NCBI RefSeq assembly: GCF_018350175.1
Contig: NC_058368.1
Location: 195,984,001-196,048,000, forward strand
Length of the DNA: 64,000 bases
Source of the DNA: Felis catus
Taxonomy: Eukaryota
Direction: 5' to 3'
A program made the position numbers and the translations under genes. Below, piece after piece: positions 13,060-25,600 of the stretch (within the stretch, counting starts at the first letter, position 1; each line of letters opens with the position of its first letter). The notes under the pieces are model-generated. The model was not told the origin of the DNA, ran no database searches, and worked only from the letters and a program-made list of their open reading frames with translations.

Positions 13060-13285
13060 AGTAGCCCCTCCAACTGTTCTCTATCTTAGCAGGATGGGTT
13101 AAAAAAAATAAATAAAAATTATACATACATATATATATATGTATACACACACCACTTTTATCTACCTGAAAATACCTTATTTATTTCTTTGCTGTTCTTT
13201 TTCTTGTCTATCTCCCCAGTTAAAATGCAAGCTCCTTGAGGGCAGGGACCTGCCTTGTTCACTATTGTAACCCTGGTGCCTAAGA
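13060..13285 (+). mobile_element. L2 3' fragment
   Basis: aaatgcaagctccttgagggcagggacc...ttgttcactattgtaaccctggtgccta. Confidence 0.7.
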
Positions 13286-15149
13286 ACCCACCCCATCTCG
13301 TTGCTATCCAGGGACACTGAGGTTTCCATAAAGAGCAAGGGATTCACGCAAGGTCACACAGCCAGCAAGCAAGCAGCAGAGATCAGCTTAACACCCAGGT
13401 CCCTGCCCTGCAGCCCAGGGCACTTGGCCACCCCCACCCCCACCCCAGTTGACCCTCTGCTGGCCTATCTTGTCACTGCCTCCACATGACAATGGGGGCC
13501 AGAGCCTGCAAATCCTCCACCCTTCCACTTCCCTGGGGGCCTGCAGTTCCCCCAGCTAGGCAGCCCTGCCTGCTTCCCCCCTTGGTCCCTCCCTTCCTGG
13601 CATCAACAGCTCTGATGAGCTCATGTCTGGAGGCCTGGGAGCTGCCCTGAAGGAAAAGGTGCCTCCCAGGCCAGGCCCCTGGGCCTGCAGGTGTATACAG
13701 CTCCCTGGGATGGCAGCGCTGGCAGGTGGAGGGAGTGTGCTGACCCAGGCCCAGTCCACCTCCCAGGGCTGAAAGTAGGCTCAGGGTGACAAGTGTCAAC
13801 CACGGACACAAGGCACGGGGTGACAAGGACATATAGAAAAGTTTCCTCCTGCACTCCTCCCATTTTTCCAGATGCTCCTCTGCCCCTCGCCCCTCCCCTA
13901 TCAAGGAGCTGCTCTGTCCCAAGAAAAGGGGGCTCTGCTGCCTTCTACTCACAGAACTAGCCTGGGCAGATCTCGTCCCCTCCGCAGCCTCAGTCCCTCC
14001 AACTCTAGAATGGGGAGATTAGATCAAGTGCTGACCCAAGAGGCTAGGGCTCAGTTGAGCCGCAGGCACCTGAATGCCACAGGATTTTTTTCTTTTTTTC
14101 ACCCTAGGGGAAGGGCAATAGCTAACAAGAGAGGGAAGGGGTTAAAGGCCTTATTTTAACCATTAAAGCTGATTCCAATCACAGCTTAATTTAGGTGCCA
14201 GCTTAATTTGGGGAGGCGGGGGGGGGGGGGCTAGCCACCCTGCAGGCCACCCTGAAAACAGTGGGAGCCAGGGTAGCACAGCAGCAAAACACTTGCCTTT
14301 TGGAAGTTCTCTGAATATCAAAATAGAGTGATTCTAGTCCGTTCCCCTTGTACAGATGGGAAACTGAGGACCAGAGAGGAGGAAGAACCAAACCAAGATC
14401 TCATATAGAGACAGAGGCAGGGGACCCCACTCCAAAAGGCATTTTCGAACTCCCTTGAGAAGTCCCATCCCACTGCTTGAGGTAATATGGTGGTTGGTTT
14501 GTGGCTCCGTCCCGCAGCACAGGATGGGGGCAGACCTGGGGTTGGTGACAGGCTGGTGGGCACCAGCACGACTTCCAGTCCCTGACCCCAGCATACCCTA
14601 GTCCCTCTGATCAGTGTCTAGCCTCACCCTACACCCTGCAACATGACAGGGGTGAAGCACCCTCCGACTGCCCCTCCACCCAGCAGGGTCACCGCTGTCT
14701 CTAATGCAGCTGTCCCCTCAGGGGTCACTCTGCCCACCCTCTCACCGCAGAGAGGACAGGGACTCGCCTCCAGATCACACAGCAAGTTGGTTTATTCCAG
14801 TGCCACTTGTCAGTCAGGGTAGGGTGGGGGGTGGGGTGGTCTGGTGCTCTCCTGCTCACTCTTGTCCCTTGCAGACAACCCAGACATGGAACACAGGGGG
14901 CCCTTGTCCCAATCTAGGGTAAGCCCATAAACTGGGGTAGGGGTAGGGAGCAAGGGAGACCCTTCCCTCCCCCCCCCCCCCCCCAGAGTCCTCAAAGAGG
15001 TCTTGTCAGGGCCCGGTTGGAGCCCCTGATCCACAGTGCAGTGGTTAGGAAGGAACCCCGCCCTCCACTCACTTCACCTCCACGGTCTCTCACCTTGGCA
15101 AACTGGGGAATGGTCGGGGTGTTGTGAGAATCTTCTGTAGAGCCCTTAG

Positions 15150-16150
15150 GACAGTTCCTCCTCTGCCCCCAGGCGCTCAGGAAGGGCCTCGATTTCCCCA
15201 GGGGGTCCTGCCGGTGGTCCCCGCGGCGGGAAGGTCCCGCGTCCCCGCAAGCCTCGCCCTCTCGGCCAGAGCACTGCGCCGCCGCCCCGCCCGCGGGAAG
15301 TGGGACGCGAAGCCAGCACACGCCGTTCTGCTACCCCACGGGCGCCCATGTTGGTCAACCCGGCCCGAGCCCAGCCTGCCTTTCCCAGAGCCGGCTAGGG
15401 GGCGCAGACCCGTTGGTCTGGTGCCCACCCGTCGGCCCGCGCTGCCCCGGCCCCCGATGTGCTTGAGGGTTGGGGCTCGAGGGCCGGAGCCCCAGCGCAG
15501 CCCCGGTAAGTAGCTTCACCGCGTCGGGGCGTCCTCCCGCTCCGGGGCTGCTCGAGAGCTTCGGGATTTCTCCAGCGCCCCCTCCCACCCCGCCCCACGG
15601 TACAGATGGGGAAACTGAGGTCCGGAGTGTAGCAGCGACTCAGCCAAGGTCACCCTGTGCGCGGGGGACCGGAGCCCAAATGTGCCACCTCCACCTGGGC
15701 GGCACAGGGAACAGCACAGGTGGGAAGGGGCGAGGCCCGCTCGGCACCTGCACCCCCGCCCCGCCAGCGCCCCTCACTCACCTCCAGCCGCCGCGCGCGG
15801 TCCCCGAGCTCACCGGCGCCGTCGCCTCCGCGCACCTGGCTGCGTCCGTCAGTGCGCCCCGCCCCGAGCCCCCCGCCGCCCCCGCCCCCGCCCCGCGCCG
15901 GGCGCCCCTTCCGCGTCGCCGCCGCCGCCGCCGCCACCTCCCAGCGGGCTTCTCGGGGACCCAGAGCTGGGAGCCCGGAGCCGGGAGGGCTGGGCGGGCG
16001 GGCGAGCAGCGCTCCTGCCGCCCGCTCCCCGGGGCCCTAGCGCCGCCCCGCCCGCCGCCCCGCCCCGCCCCGCCCCGCCCCGCCCCCGGAGGTGCGACTC
16101 CCTCCCCCGCGGGCTCGGCCCCGGGATCCTGGCGGTCTCCCTTTTCGCCC
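15150..16150. promoter_or_regulatory. CpG island / intragenic alternative SYNPO promoter
   Basis: Very high CpG density, tandem CCGCCC (Sp/KLF) arrays at 15856-15895 and 16042-16087, a (GCC)n run at 15917-15935, and a CTCF-like CGGCTAGGGGGCGC at 15392-15405. Confidence 0.88.
15782..15855 (-). other. SYNPO: Probable non-coding alternative first exon from the CpG island
   Basis: Consensus donor GAG|GTGAGT at 15782/15781, just downstream of a GC-box array. No ATG, and a TGA in the frame that would join the next SYNPO exon. The 5' end is uncertain and could extend to about 16000. Confidence 0.6.
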
Positions 16151-17360
16151 GCTTTCCTTCCCTGTGCTACACTCTGCTGCCTTGTTGTGTCTCTGTTTCC
16201 TCCTCCTTTTTTGTATCTCCAGGTCGGTCCCTAAATCCCTCTGCTTTCATTTCACCCAGTTCTTTCTGTCTCTCCATCCATTTCAGCTCCCCCTCTTCTC
16301 CCCCCACCCCATCCCTCCAACCACCCCTCTTTTAAATCTTGGTGATTCCGGCCCCATAACTGACACCACTCCCACCTCTCCAGCCCCTTTCCTTTCAGAT
16401 CCAGATGCGGTGCCCCTCAGGCCCATCTTCGCTCCCCCTTCTTAGCCCTGGTGATTAGAATAACTGTCTACCTTAGTAGGACTTAGGCAAACGGGGACTG
16501 AGGAAGGTCGTCACCTCCCCGCTGGCCTGGGGCCATGCCCTGACTTCACTGGTAGGTCAGCAATAGGGATGCTGTGTGGCTCCTGAACTTCGGTTCCCCA
16601 TCTTTTTATTGAACTAAATGCCATTCAGACTGAGCTCAGCAGAGCCCCATGACAGTGGTCGGTGTGCATCAGAATGGGGGGGGGGAGGGGAGGAGGGGGA
16701 GATGCTGTTAAAAGCGGAGATTCCCACATTCTAGCACATCCTCCCAGTGGTGAAGAGGCAGTGGGCTTGGAAACAGTACTGATAACAAGCATCCTTCACA
16801 CTCCCACCAATTTTGAAACAAAAGTAACTGCACTTGGAAAAATGTTGGCCTGGGTTTTCACCAAAGTTTCCTGGGGTTCCAAGTACCCCACCCCTTCAAC
16901 CAGGGTGGTTCCACTTTCATTTGTCTTTCATATCAAGGTTCTGTGTTTAGACTCCCGCTAGAGGAAGTTAGCCATGGGCTCATGTAAGCCCACCGCACCC
17001 CACCCCACCCCACCCCACCCCACCAGAGGTTCTGTGAAACACTAAGCTGCAGGTGGCCTGGCTTTGGGACATCCCCTGTCCCCAGTGGGCGGGCTCAGAG
17101 TGCGGGAGGTCAGGTGACAGAGAGGCAAACCCTGTCTGGCTGCTCCCATCTCTCTTCACTGGTTGGCCTCATGGTCTGCAGAGAATTCCTCTGCCCCCAT
17201 GGCTGCTCTTGTGCTGGGGCCACCACAAGTGGAGGTGGGAAACATGGAGAGAGAGGGTCCTGGGGACTGGCACCAGGCAAGGTATTGCCTGCCTTGTAAG
17301 CCCATGTGCTAGAAAAGTGGCTATAGTCCAGCCTGTGGAAAACCAGGAAACAAACTGTGT

Positions 17361-17364
<4 letters not shown>

Positions 17365-17409
<45 letters not shown>
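17365..17409. repeat. (GA)n microsatellite
   Basis: Perfect GA run. Confidence 0.97.
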
Positions 17410-17414
<5 letters not shown>

Positions 17415-20400
17415 GAGCGAGGGAGGGAGGAGAGAAGCTAGAATTACTGTGTGGGTGGGTATGAAAGAGAAAGAGACGGGGAAGAGGAAGGAGGACAGAA
17501 AGTGGTTCAGTCTGTACGTAGGTGTTTGACGGTGGGTGTGCAAGAGTGGATATGCCTACAGGAGAGAATGTGTGCATGCAGGAGAGATTTTGAAGTGTGG
17601 GTATGTGAGCAAAAGAAAATGGAGAGAAGAACATGCTTTTGACCTGTATCTGAGGAAAGGAATATGTGTACTGGTATGTGTTCAGGCGGGACTGTAGCTG
17701 TGTATGCAAATCTGATACATGTCGTGTGTCACAGGTGAAAGGTAGGCATGCCTGAGTGAGGGGTGTGCGTGTGTGTGCTCATGTGTACCCCACGTGTGGA
17801 TAGGTAGGTGTCTGAGGGCACGTACATGCATGCGTGTGCAGATATGTGATTATATACACATGCGTATCTGCATAAGAACATGGTATGCATATGTCTGTGT
17901 ATGCACCCATGGGGGTGTGAACATGTGTGTGGGTGCACGGGTGAGGTATATGTGACCCTGTGAACCTTGCTTCTGCACCATTGCCCTCCTATTATGGTCG
18001 CTATGGAGTGTGGGATTGAGAGGGGGTGCGGATGGCATCCTGCCCAGCCTCCTGCTCTTTCTACCTTCTCTCGCACAGGCCTAAAGAGCAGGGATCCTGT
18101 CTTTGGCCCAGTAGCCACTGTCAGCTCTTACCATGACCGGGGGTTCCTCTGCCTCAACCATAGAAACATGGTCGGGGCAAGGTGCATCTGACAAGCCAGA
18201 TCCACACCTTCATCCCCACCTTAGAGGCTCGGAGCAGTGTCCATTTGAGTGGGAAAGGCCCCCAAGCCCTCTAGATGGCCTGGGCCCCCAGTGACAAATG
18301 GCCTGGAGAGGGGGGAAGGCAGCTCTCCCAAAGCCACAGACGAAGGAGGGGCTGGATCAACAGTGGGTCCCAGGTCTCCCTAAGTGTATCCAAGGGGGAG
18401 GGAACGTGGCTTGGCAGAATCCCCCACCATCCTCCAGAGCCTGAACAACCTTTTTCCAGCCCTAGGTGGGTGGAAGAACACAGCCTGCTGCCTTGTTTCC
18501 ATGGAGACAAGGCAGCACAGAAGGTGGTTGAAAGCATGGGCCTAGACCTCCTGGGGTTCAAATCTCCGCTCCTCCACCCACAGGCCTGAGACTCTGACAA
18601 GTCACTTAAAGTCATTGTGCCTTAGTTTCCTCATCTGTGAGACAGAGATAAGAAAGGCGTGAACTTCCTAGGGGTGTTTAGAGGGTGAAATGAAGTGACC
18701 CATACAAAGCAATTAGCACAGCATGTGGCAGCTGAACTGGGGGGGGGGGGGGGTGGCAAGAGCCCTGGGTTCCAGCTCTAGCTTCGCACCAACTTACTGC
18801 GTGACCTGGGGCAAGTCTGTTACCATCTCTGGGCTTCAGAGTCTCCTCAGGATTATCTACACAATCATCTCCATGAGCCCTGCCAGTGCTGACCAGCTGA
18901 GACTTTGCGGTGAGGACGAGGACTGCGGCCGTAGCTCAGGGCTGTCTTGGTGAGCCGTGGACCAACTACCACCGGCGAAGCCCAGCCGTGAGCCTTACAC
19001 ACTTGCCTTCTCATATCTATTCTCTCACGTTGGCAGCAGCTGACGGCAGGAGACTTGAGCCACAGGCTGCTACCCCCATCATCTCTCTGCACCCCCTGCT
19101 CCCCTAGCCTGCCAAGGACCCCGTTCTGCCCTGCCCAGCTGGTACTCAGGCTTTAGAGCAATGGCACCACGTACCCACCCACCCCAAGTGATGGGTGCCC
19201 AAGGCCGAAGATGCCATGACCCATACTTAAAGCTGCCAGGGAGCACTCAAGGGAGGCAGGTATAATTGCGGAAGGACGGGTGTAATTGTCTGAAGATGCT
19301 TATATTATAATCCTTTGGCGGTACCGGGAGGAAGCTTTAAAAGGAAGCCCTAATCCACTAATAACCTGGCAGCCCCACAGGCCTCTTCCCTCCGGATCTC
19401 CAGGCAGAGAGAAGGGACTCTAGCCACTCCCTTTCCCGAGGGAGCAGAAAGGCCAGTGTGGGCTCTGACGCACGACCACCCGGATTTCTCCTCTCCTGCG
19501 AGACCCAGATTCCTTCCTGCTCGCACCCGTGAGAAGACTTCCCTGAGACATCCTCCTGAGGTCACTCCTGCGCCCTCTGTCCCCAGAAACGGTCAGGACA
19601 GAACTGGAGACCATCTGGCTGGACGTCAGAGAAAGAAATGAACGGGACTGTGAGGAAGAAGACCGTGATCATAGTCTCAGCTCCAACACTGACTGTGTGA
19701 CTTTGGGCAAGGGACTTGGGTCTCTGAGCTCCAGCTGTGTCACCTGTAAAAGGGGCAGGTGATACCTGCCTTGAAAGACTATACCTATACGGTAAGATCG
19801 ACCAGAATGAGATAGTAAGAAATGACCTAGCTCTGTGTGAGAGGCCAACAGGATTCATTAAACGTGGCCCCTCTCCTCCCTTCACCCATGGTCTCTTCCA
19901 CTCCAGGATGTCAGCAGACAGCACACTCCCCTTGTAAATCCAGAATACAGCGATGGCTAAGAACAAAGTCCCATGTTCAAAAAACTCCGTGGTTGAATCA
20001 TGGCATAGCGGCTTACTAGCCAGGAGTCTTAGATAAGTCACAAGGCGCCTACGTTCTTTGAACCTCGACCTTCTCATCTGTGTAATGGAGATAATCATAG
20101 TATGTCCCTCATGGGGATTACTGTGAGGTTGCGTGAAGTGATGTATATAAAGCTCTTAGCACAGTGGGCTTAGCACATAAGGGCTTAACAAATAGTAGCT
20201 GTTATACTGTGGAGTTGAGGATTATTTTAATTATTATTAACATCTGTCACGGGATCACCTAACATTTCCAAAACACTACCCCAGTCTAAGATCACTGAAA
20301 CCTCATAATGGCTCTGTGAGGTAGAGAGGCCCCTGTTTTTGTTTTATTTTCACAAATGAAGAAATTGCAACTCTCTAAGGGGGAGCGATTTGCTGGGGTT

Positions 20401-21029
20401 TGGCTGGTTCGTATCAGGTCCAGAACCAGCACCCATGTCTCCTGACCCTCAGCCGTGGTCTGTAAGAGGAAAAGGAGGAGGTCCTGGGGCTTTCAGGCTC
20501 TAGGGGACCTGAGTTTGGGCTACTCTGGTGTGAGGGCCCACCTCCAAGTTTAGGGCTGCTGGGCGCTCCTGGGGTCCGCCTTCTTCTTGCCCTAGATGCA
20601 TCGAAGACATCTCCTGGATCCTGCCCAGCTTTCTGTGTGACCCAAGCATGGGGGAGTTGGTGGGGTGTGGGGTGGGGATGGCCATGGGGGGTGATCAGAG
20701 CCTGGAGAAAATTATTTCAGAAAAGAGAGTGGGCGGGACGGCTGGTGGGATGCCAACCAGGGCGGTAGCAATGCCTGCAGAGAAATGAGGTGTTCCTTCA
20801 GCTTCCTGACGCATTAGCCCTCCCAGGCCTGTGTCCCCCACACGCCCTGTGCCCCCAGGATCTGCTGGCAGCAGCTGCCTTCTGAGCAAGCATGGCCTGG
20901 CTCACGTCCTCTCCATCTGGACCCACTTCAGTGTTTCCATGGGCCCAGGCAATGGAGGTGATTCAGTGAGGGTTTCCCTGTCCCGCCCTGCTCTGCTGGC
21001 TCCTGACTCCTGCAGCCTATAGGAAAATT

Positions 21030-21370
21030 ATCTCCCTCCCTCCCTTCCTTCATCCCCCTCTTCCTTCCTTCCTTTCTTTCCTTTCCTTCCTTCCTTCCTT
21101 CCTTCCTTCCTTCCTTCCCTCCTTCCTTCCCTTTCCTCCTTCCTTCCCTCCTTCTTTCCTTTCCTCCCTCCTTCCCTTCCTTCCTCCTTCCTTCCTTCCC
21201 TTCCTTCCTTCTCGTCCTTCCTTTCTTCCCTTCCTTCCTTCCTTCCTTCCTTCCTTCCTTCCTTCCCCTCTTCCTTCCCTACCCCTCTCCTGTCTTTCTT
21301 CCCTCCTTCTACGTTCCTTTTTTCCTTTGTTCCTTCTCTTTCTCCATTTGTTCATTCACTCCTTCCTTCC
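21030..21370. repeat. (CCTT)n/(GGAA)n-rich polypyrimidine tract
   Basis: About 300 bp almost entirely C/T with many CCTT units. Confidence 0.95.
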
Positions 21371-22027
21371 ATCCAGTGAATACTGAGCTCTTCCCTATAC
21401 ACTGTCCTTGGGTCCTCACTTCAGCCCAGGTGACACGGGTCCTGCTTTTGTCATCTCTAACAGATGGGAAACTGGAGCCTGGGTGAGGAACGTGGGCCCA
21501 GCTCAGTCACCAATATGCCGAGAGACCTGGAGCAGTCTCTTCCTCACTCCGGGCCTCAGTTTTTCCATCTGTAAAATTAGGAGGTCAGCTTGGATCAAAG
21601 GCTTCAGTCTGTACCTCAGAAACCCCATGAGGGCAGCAACCATGTCTGCTTTGCCCGGTGCTGTGTCCCCAGCACCCTCAAGTAGCCGGCACACTCAATA
21701 TGTTCAATGAGATGCAGTCCTGCCCCTTCATTGCCTGGAATCCAAGGCCATTTGTTGCCACGAATGATTAAGGGCAGACAGAGTGAGGGATGGACTTTCG
21801 TGTAACCAAGCATGATATCAGGGCTTTCTCTCCCTGCCTTCTCCCGTGCCCCCCTTGGCAGAGAAAAGAGTGGGCATAGATGTGGCACGGAATCCCAGTC
21901 TCCCCTGTCTCCCCACAGTCTGTGGGACTGTGGCAGACTGTTATGGATCATGGGAAGATATGGTCAGGAGACCTGTGGGGTCCCCAGTGGGCTCTGGCAG
22001 TCCAGGGGAAAAGGGACATGAGCTTAC

Positions 22028-22433
22028 CTGGTTTCTGGGCAACCCTGGGACCCGCGCTGGGGCTGGGGCCGGGGCTGGTTGTCATCACCAGCTGAACCTT
22101 CACCACGTTCCCGTCCTGGCCGGCCTTGTTATCATGCTGGGACCCCCCTTGTGCTTCTCTGGAGTGTCTGGGCGCCTGGATGCCCAGGGCCTTGGGCAGC
22201 TCTGGTGCCCCCTGGGTGGCTCTGCAGGCAGGACTGTCCCCATTCCTGCTGGCCACCCTGTCCTCATCCAAGTTCGTGAGCCCTGCCTCTCCCTGAAGGC
22301 CCTCCTCACCGCTGCTCTCCTCAGCCTCCAAGGCCAGACACCTGTAGCTCCCATCAGGGATCCGGAAGGTGCAGGGAGTGGGCCTGTCTTCGCTGGGTCC
22401 CAGGGGGGCAGGTGGGAGGTGGGGACCCAGCAT
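22028..22433 (-). CDS. SYNPO: Synaptopodin, first coding exon of the long N-terminal isoform (135 codons + 1 nt; CDS continues beyond the window's left edge)
   Basis: Translation MLGPHLPPAPLGPSEDRPTPCTFRIPDGSYRCLALEAEESSGEEGLQGE...GPRVAQKP closely matches the recalled human SYNPO N-terminus (MLGPHLPPPPLAPSEGRPTPCAFQIPDGSYRCLALEAEESSGEEGLQGE...GPRVAQKPA). Kozak context is gcagcaccATGc, and the donor CAG|GTAAGC at 22028/22027 is phase 1. Confidence 0.96.
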
Positions 22434-22678
22434 GGTGCTGCCTCTCCTTAGAGACGCACAGAAGTGGGGGCCAGGCCGGCCACCTGTGCGGGCACGCGTC
22501 CTTGCTCCTCTCCAGGGGTCTCTTCTGGCTCTCCGCAGCTTTCTTTTCTTCAGCCAACTCCCAGAGCTGCGGCAAGGTCCAACTGTGGGGCCCTCCTGGG
22601 CTGGGTCGGGTGGTGGACCCCCAAGCCCTCCTCTCAACCTGTGTCTGGTCTGTGAGGCTCTCCTTCAAGATGATCTAT
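22434..22678 (-). other. SYNPO: 5'UTR part of the SYNPO coding exon
   Basis: Polypyrimidine tract plus acceptor ctgtttctttcctccccgtgcag|ATAG at 22679/22678, with a second AG 4 nt downstream. No ATG occurs before 22433. Confidence 0.8.
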
Positions 22679-25600
22679 CTGCACGGGGAGGAAAGAAACA
22701 GCAGATGAGACCGTATGCTGGGCGTTCTGGGCTGAATTTCTGAGACTTGTCCACCTTAAGGTGGCCCTGAGAACTGGCTGGGGTTTGGAGGTACAGGTCT
22801 CACACACCCCCAGCCAAGTCCCAAGCTTCAGTCATTCGACATCCCAGATGTTCACCATATCCTTATGCCACCGGACACTTTATTTGCTTACTATTTTCCA
22901 CAAATCAACTTTAAATAACTTAACTTCTATCACTTTAGACTTATCTTAAGCCATAATCTCAGGAAAACCACAAGTATGTCACGCTAAGTCATTTCCCCCC
23001 CAAGACCCATTAAATAAATATCTAGTTATTTAAAAATACTTAACTGGGCACCGCCTAGAAAACATTCTCTCACATGCCAGGAAAGGTACATACAGCACAG
23101 GAATCACAGGAACCGTGGGGTGGAGGACCCAAGACTGGGGCCAGGGGGCCACGGAAGAGGCTGTGTGCACCGAGGGGGACGGGGCAGCAATGTACTTGTG
23201 TGCCCAGGCTTTGAGCTAGAAGCCCAGCTCGGCCACCTGCCTAGCTGCCCTCTCTGAACCTCAGCTTCCCTGTCTGCAAAATAGGAACTGTACCATCCCC
23301 ATGGAGGACTAAGTGAGAAAATACATGCAGAGGACTCAGTATGGTTTTCGAGACGTGTTGGCTGTTCTTTGACTTCGCAAAAACGTCTTGAGCTTTTATT
23401 GCCAGACGCCATACAATGGGGGATAAAGAAGATATGGTATTCCGATTTCTGAAGCCTTAAAATCTGGTGGGGGGAGTGGTGAATGATAACAAGAACCATA
23501 ATAATAACAGTAGGATTATTTATAAATGTTAACAGTGATGATGGCTTCGGAGCGAGGGCATGTGGGATGCGGAGAGGGGTGCGTGGGAGAGGAACCTGGG
23601 CGGGGAGAACTGGCTGGGCTGGGAGGCAGATGGAGAGTGGGTGTGGAGGAAGAGGGAGGAGCCTAGGCGCAACCAGGTTTGTTGCTCTGGTGATGGGCGG
23701 GGGGGTGATTTCGTTAATAGAGATCGGGAGTCCATGTCCCAGGAAGGGCAGGTAGAGCTTAAGATGGCCAGTGGCCACGTTACACTGGGAAGAAACCCTG
23801 GGATTTATAGATCTTGGTTAACAGATTCCACCTCCGCTTAGCGGTGTGAACTCGGGCAAGTGCGCACACTCCGAATCCCACTCGTCCTATTGCAAAATGG
23901 GGAGAGAAGAATCCCCCGCCTAACACACACATACACACACACTCACAAACACACACACCCTGGCTGGCCCATGGATAGTGAGAACCCTGAGTTGTGAAAG
24001 TCTGGACACTGGTGACCTCGGGGCTTACACTGACCTTACCTGCTGTGGTACTTGACCTGGAGGTCATGCCTCCACCCCCAGGCACCCCTACCCCCCCCCC
24101 CACCCCCGCCACCAGTGAGACCAGCAGGCTGGGTTAAGGCCTTGGCTTCTTGGTTGGAGCTCTGCCAGGAGAGTGTGGTAGGTAAGAGGCAAGATAAGCA
24201 CATTACCGGGCCCTGGGGCAAACCAGTGCCAACTAGGGAAAGGCCAACAAGCATCAGGATCGGAAAGATAACAGGCACCTGTTATAGCAGCCGCAGCGGA
24301 AGGGAAATCAACACAAAGAAGCTAGCCTTCTGCCCAGAGAAGAACGGGCACTCACGGTATTTGAACACCTACGCCATACTGGGCCATTTGCTCAGGTTGT
24401 GGAGATAAACCATCACCACCACCCCTTGAGAGGGGTACTGTTATCTCACTTCAGAAGTGAGGAAATTGAGGCTCAGATAGCAAAGTGACTTCTGCCTAAG
24501 TCACACAGCTAGTAAGTGACAGGGCTCCATCTGTCCCCAGCTCTGACACCTTGACCGTGATGGTGGACACAAAGAGAAGAGATGGCTCCAGGGCCCTTCC
24601 CTCTCCATGCTTTTTTTGAACTCACCAGCTGCTGCCAGATTTCCGCCACTAGAGAGTCACAGAATCCTAGAGTCTCACGAAGAGCCAGTAGAATTCTGAA
24701 AAGACCTAACTGGCCATGCGACCTTGGGCAGATGCCTTGCGTACTCTGGAGTCCGTTTGCCCAAAGGCACAATGGCAGGGTTGAGCCACATGATGCTGGA
24801 GGGTCCATCCAACGTTGGCATTGCAGGGTGCCATGATTCTAGGCCCTTGGAGCCCCCCTCCCCCGTCACCACCGCCACCCACACCATCACAGAGCCAGAT
24901 GGCAACAGGCAGGAGTGGGTGTGGGGGGCAGGGCTCTCCCTGACACGCCACAGGGGCCTCGCCTCGCTCTATCTCTGCTTCTGTTTTGCTGTATTTGACG
25001 GTGGCCACGGTTTCCAGGAAAGAAGAGAGAGGCGGAAGAGTTAACTTTCCGCCACCCACACAAATATTTTTGGCCAGCGTTGTCTTCACGCTGCCAAGCC
25101 AGGAGGGAGGGGTTGGCAGGAGCACTCCAATTCAAGGCTCCCTCCTGAGGAGGGAGGACTCCCAACCCAGCTGGGGGGCCTGGGCAGGCCCCTTGTGGCC
25201 TGAGCCCTGGAACACCCACTGAGCTCAGGAGGCCAGGGCAGGGGCAGGGTGGTCAGGACCCACAGCAGTAAGGGCAGCTGCTGCTTACTGAGCATCTGCT
25301 AGTGTGTGGCCAAGCCTTTTACCTAACACTCCTGGGGGGCGGGTGTGTGAGTGCTGTCTACAGATGAGGAAACTGAGGCAAGAAGAGGTAAAGTCCAAAT
25401 CCAAAGGCACACCGGTGGTGAGTGGTAGAACAGGATGTGAATTCAGCTGCTGGGCCCTGTGCTCTCACCCTCTGCTCTCAGTGGCTGCCGACTTAACTCC
25501 GGAACCCCTGCAGGGGGCCTGTCTGTGTGGGCACATCTCCAAATGTGGGCAGGAGAGAGCCAGTTCCAACCTTGGCAGAAATATGGGGTGGGGGTGGGGT

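Noticed and set aside
15124..16445. Long overlapping ORFs (254, 217, 129, 127 aa) in the CpG island
   Set aside because: Pro/Ala/Arg/Gly low-complexity products in several frames on both strands, as expected from stop-codon scarcity in very GC-rich DNA; no recognisable family.
22354..22668. 104-aa minus-strand ORF overlapping the SYNPO start in another frame
   Set aside because: Starts at TTG, is preceded by TAG with the main acceptor, and has no recognisable homology, so it is unsupported as a separate gene.
23104..23778. 224-aa minus-strand ORF
   Set aside because: Runs through MIR/L2-like repeat and low-complexity sequence; no domain or splice support.
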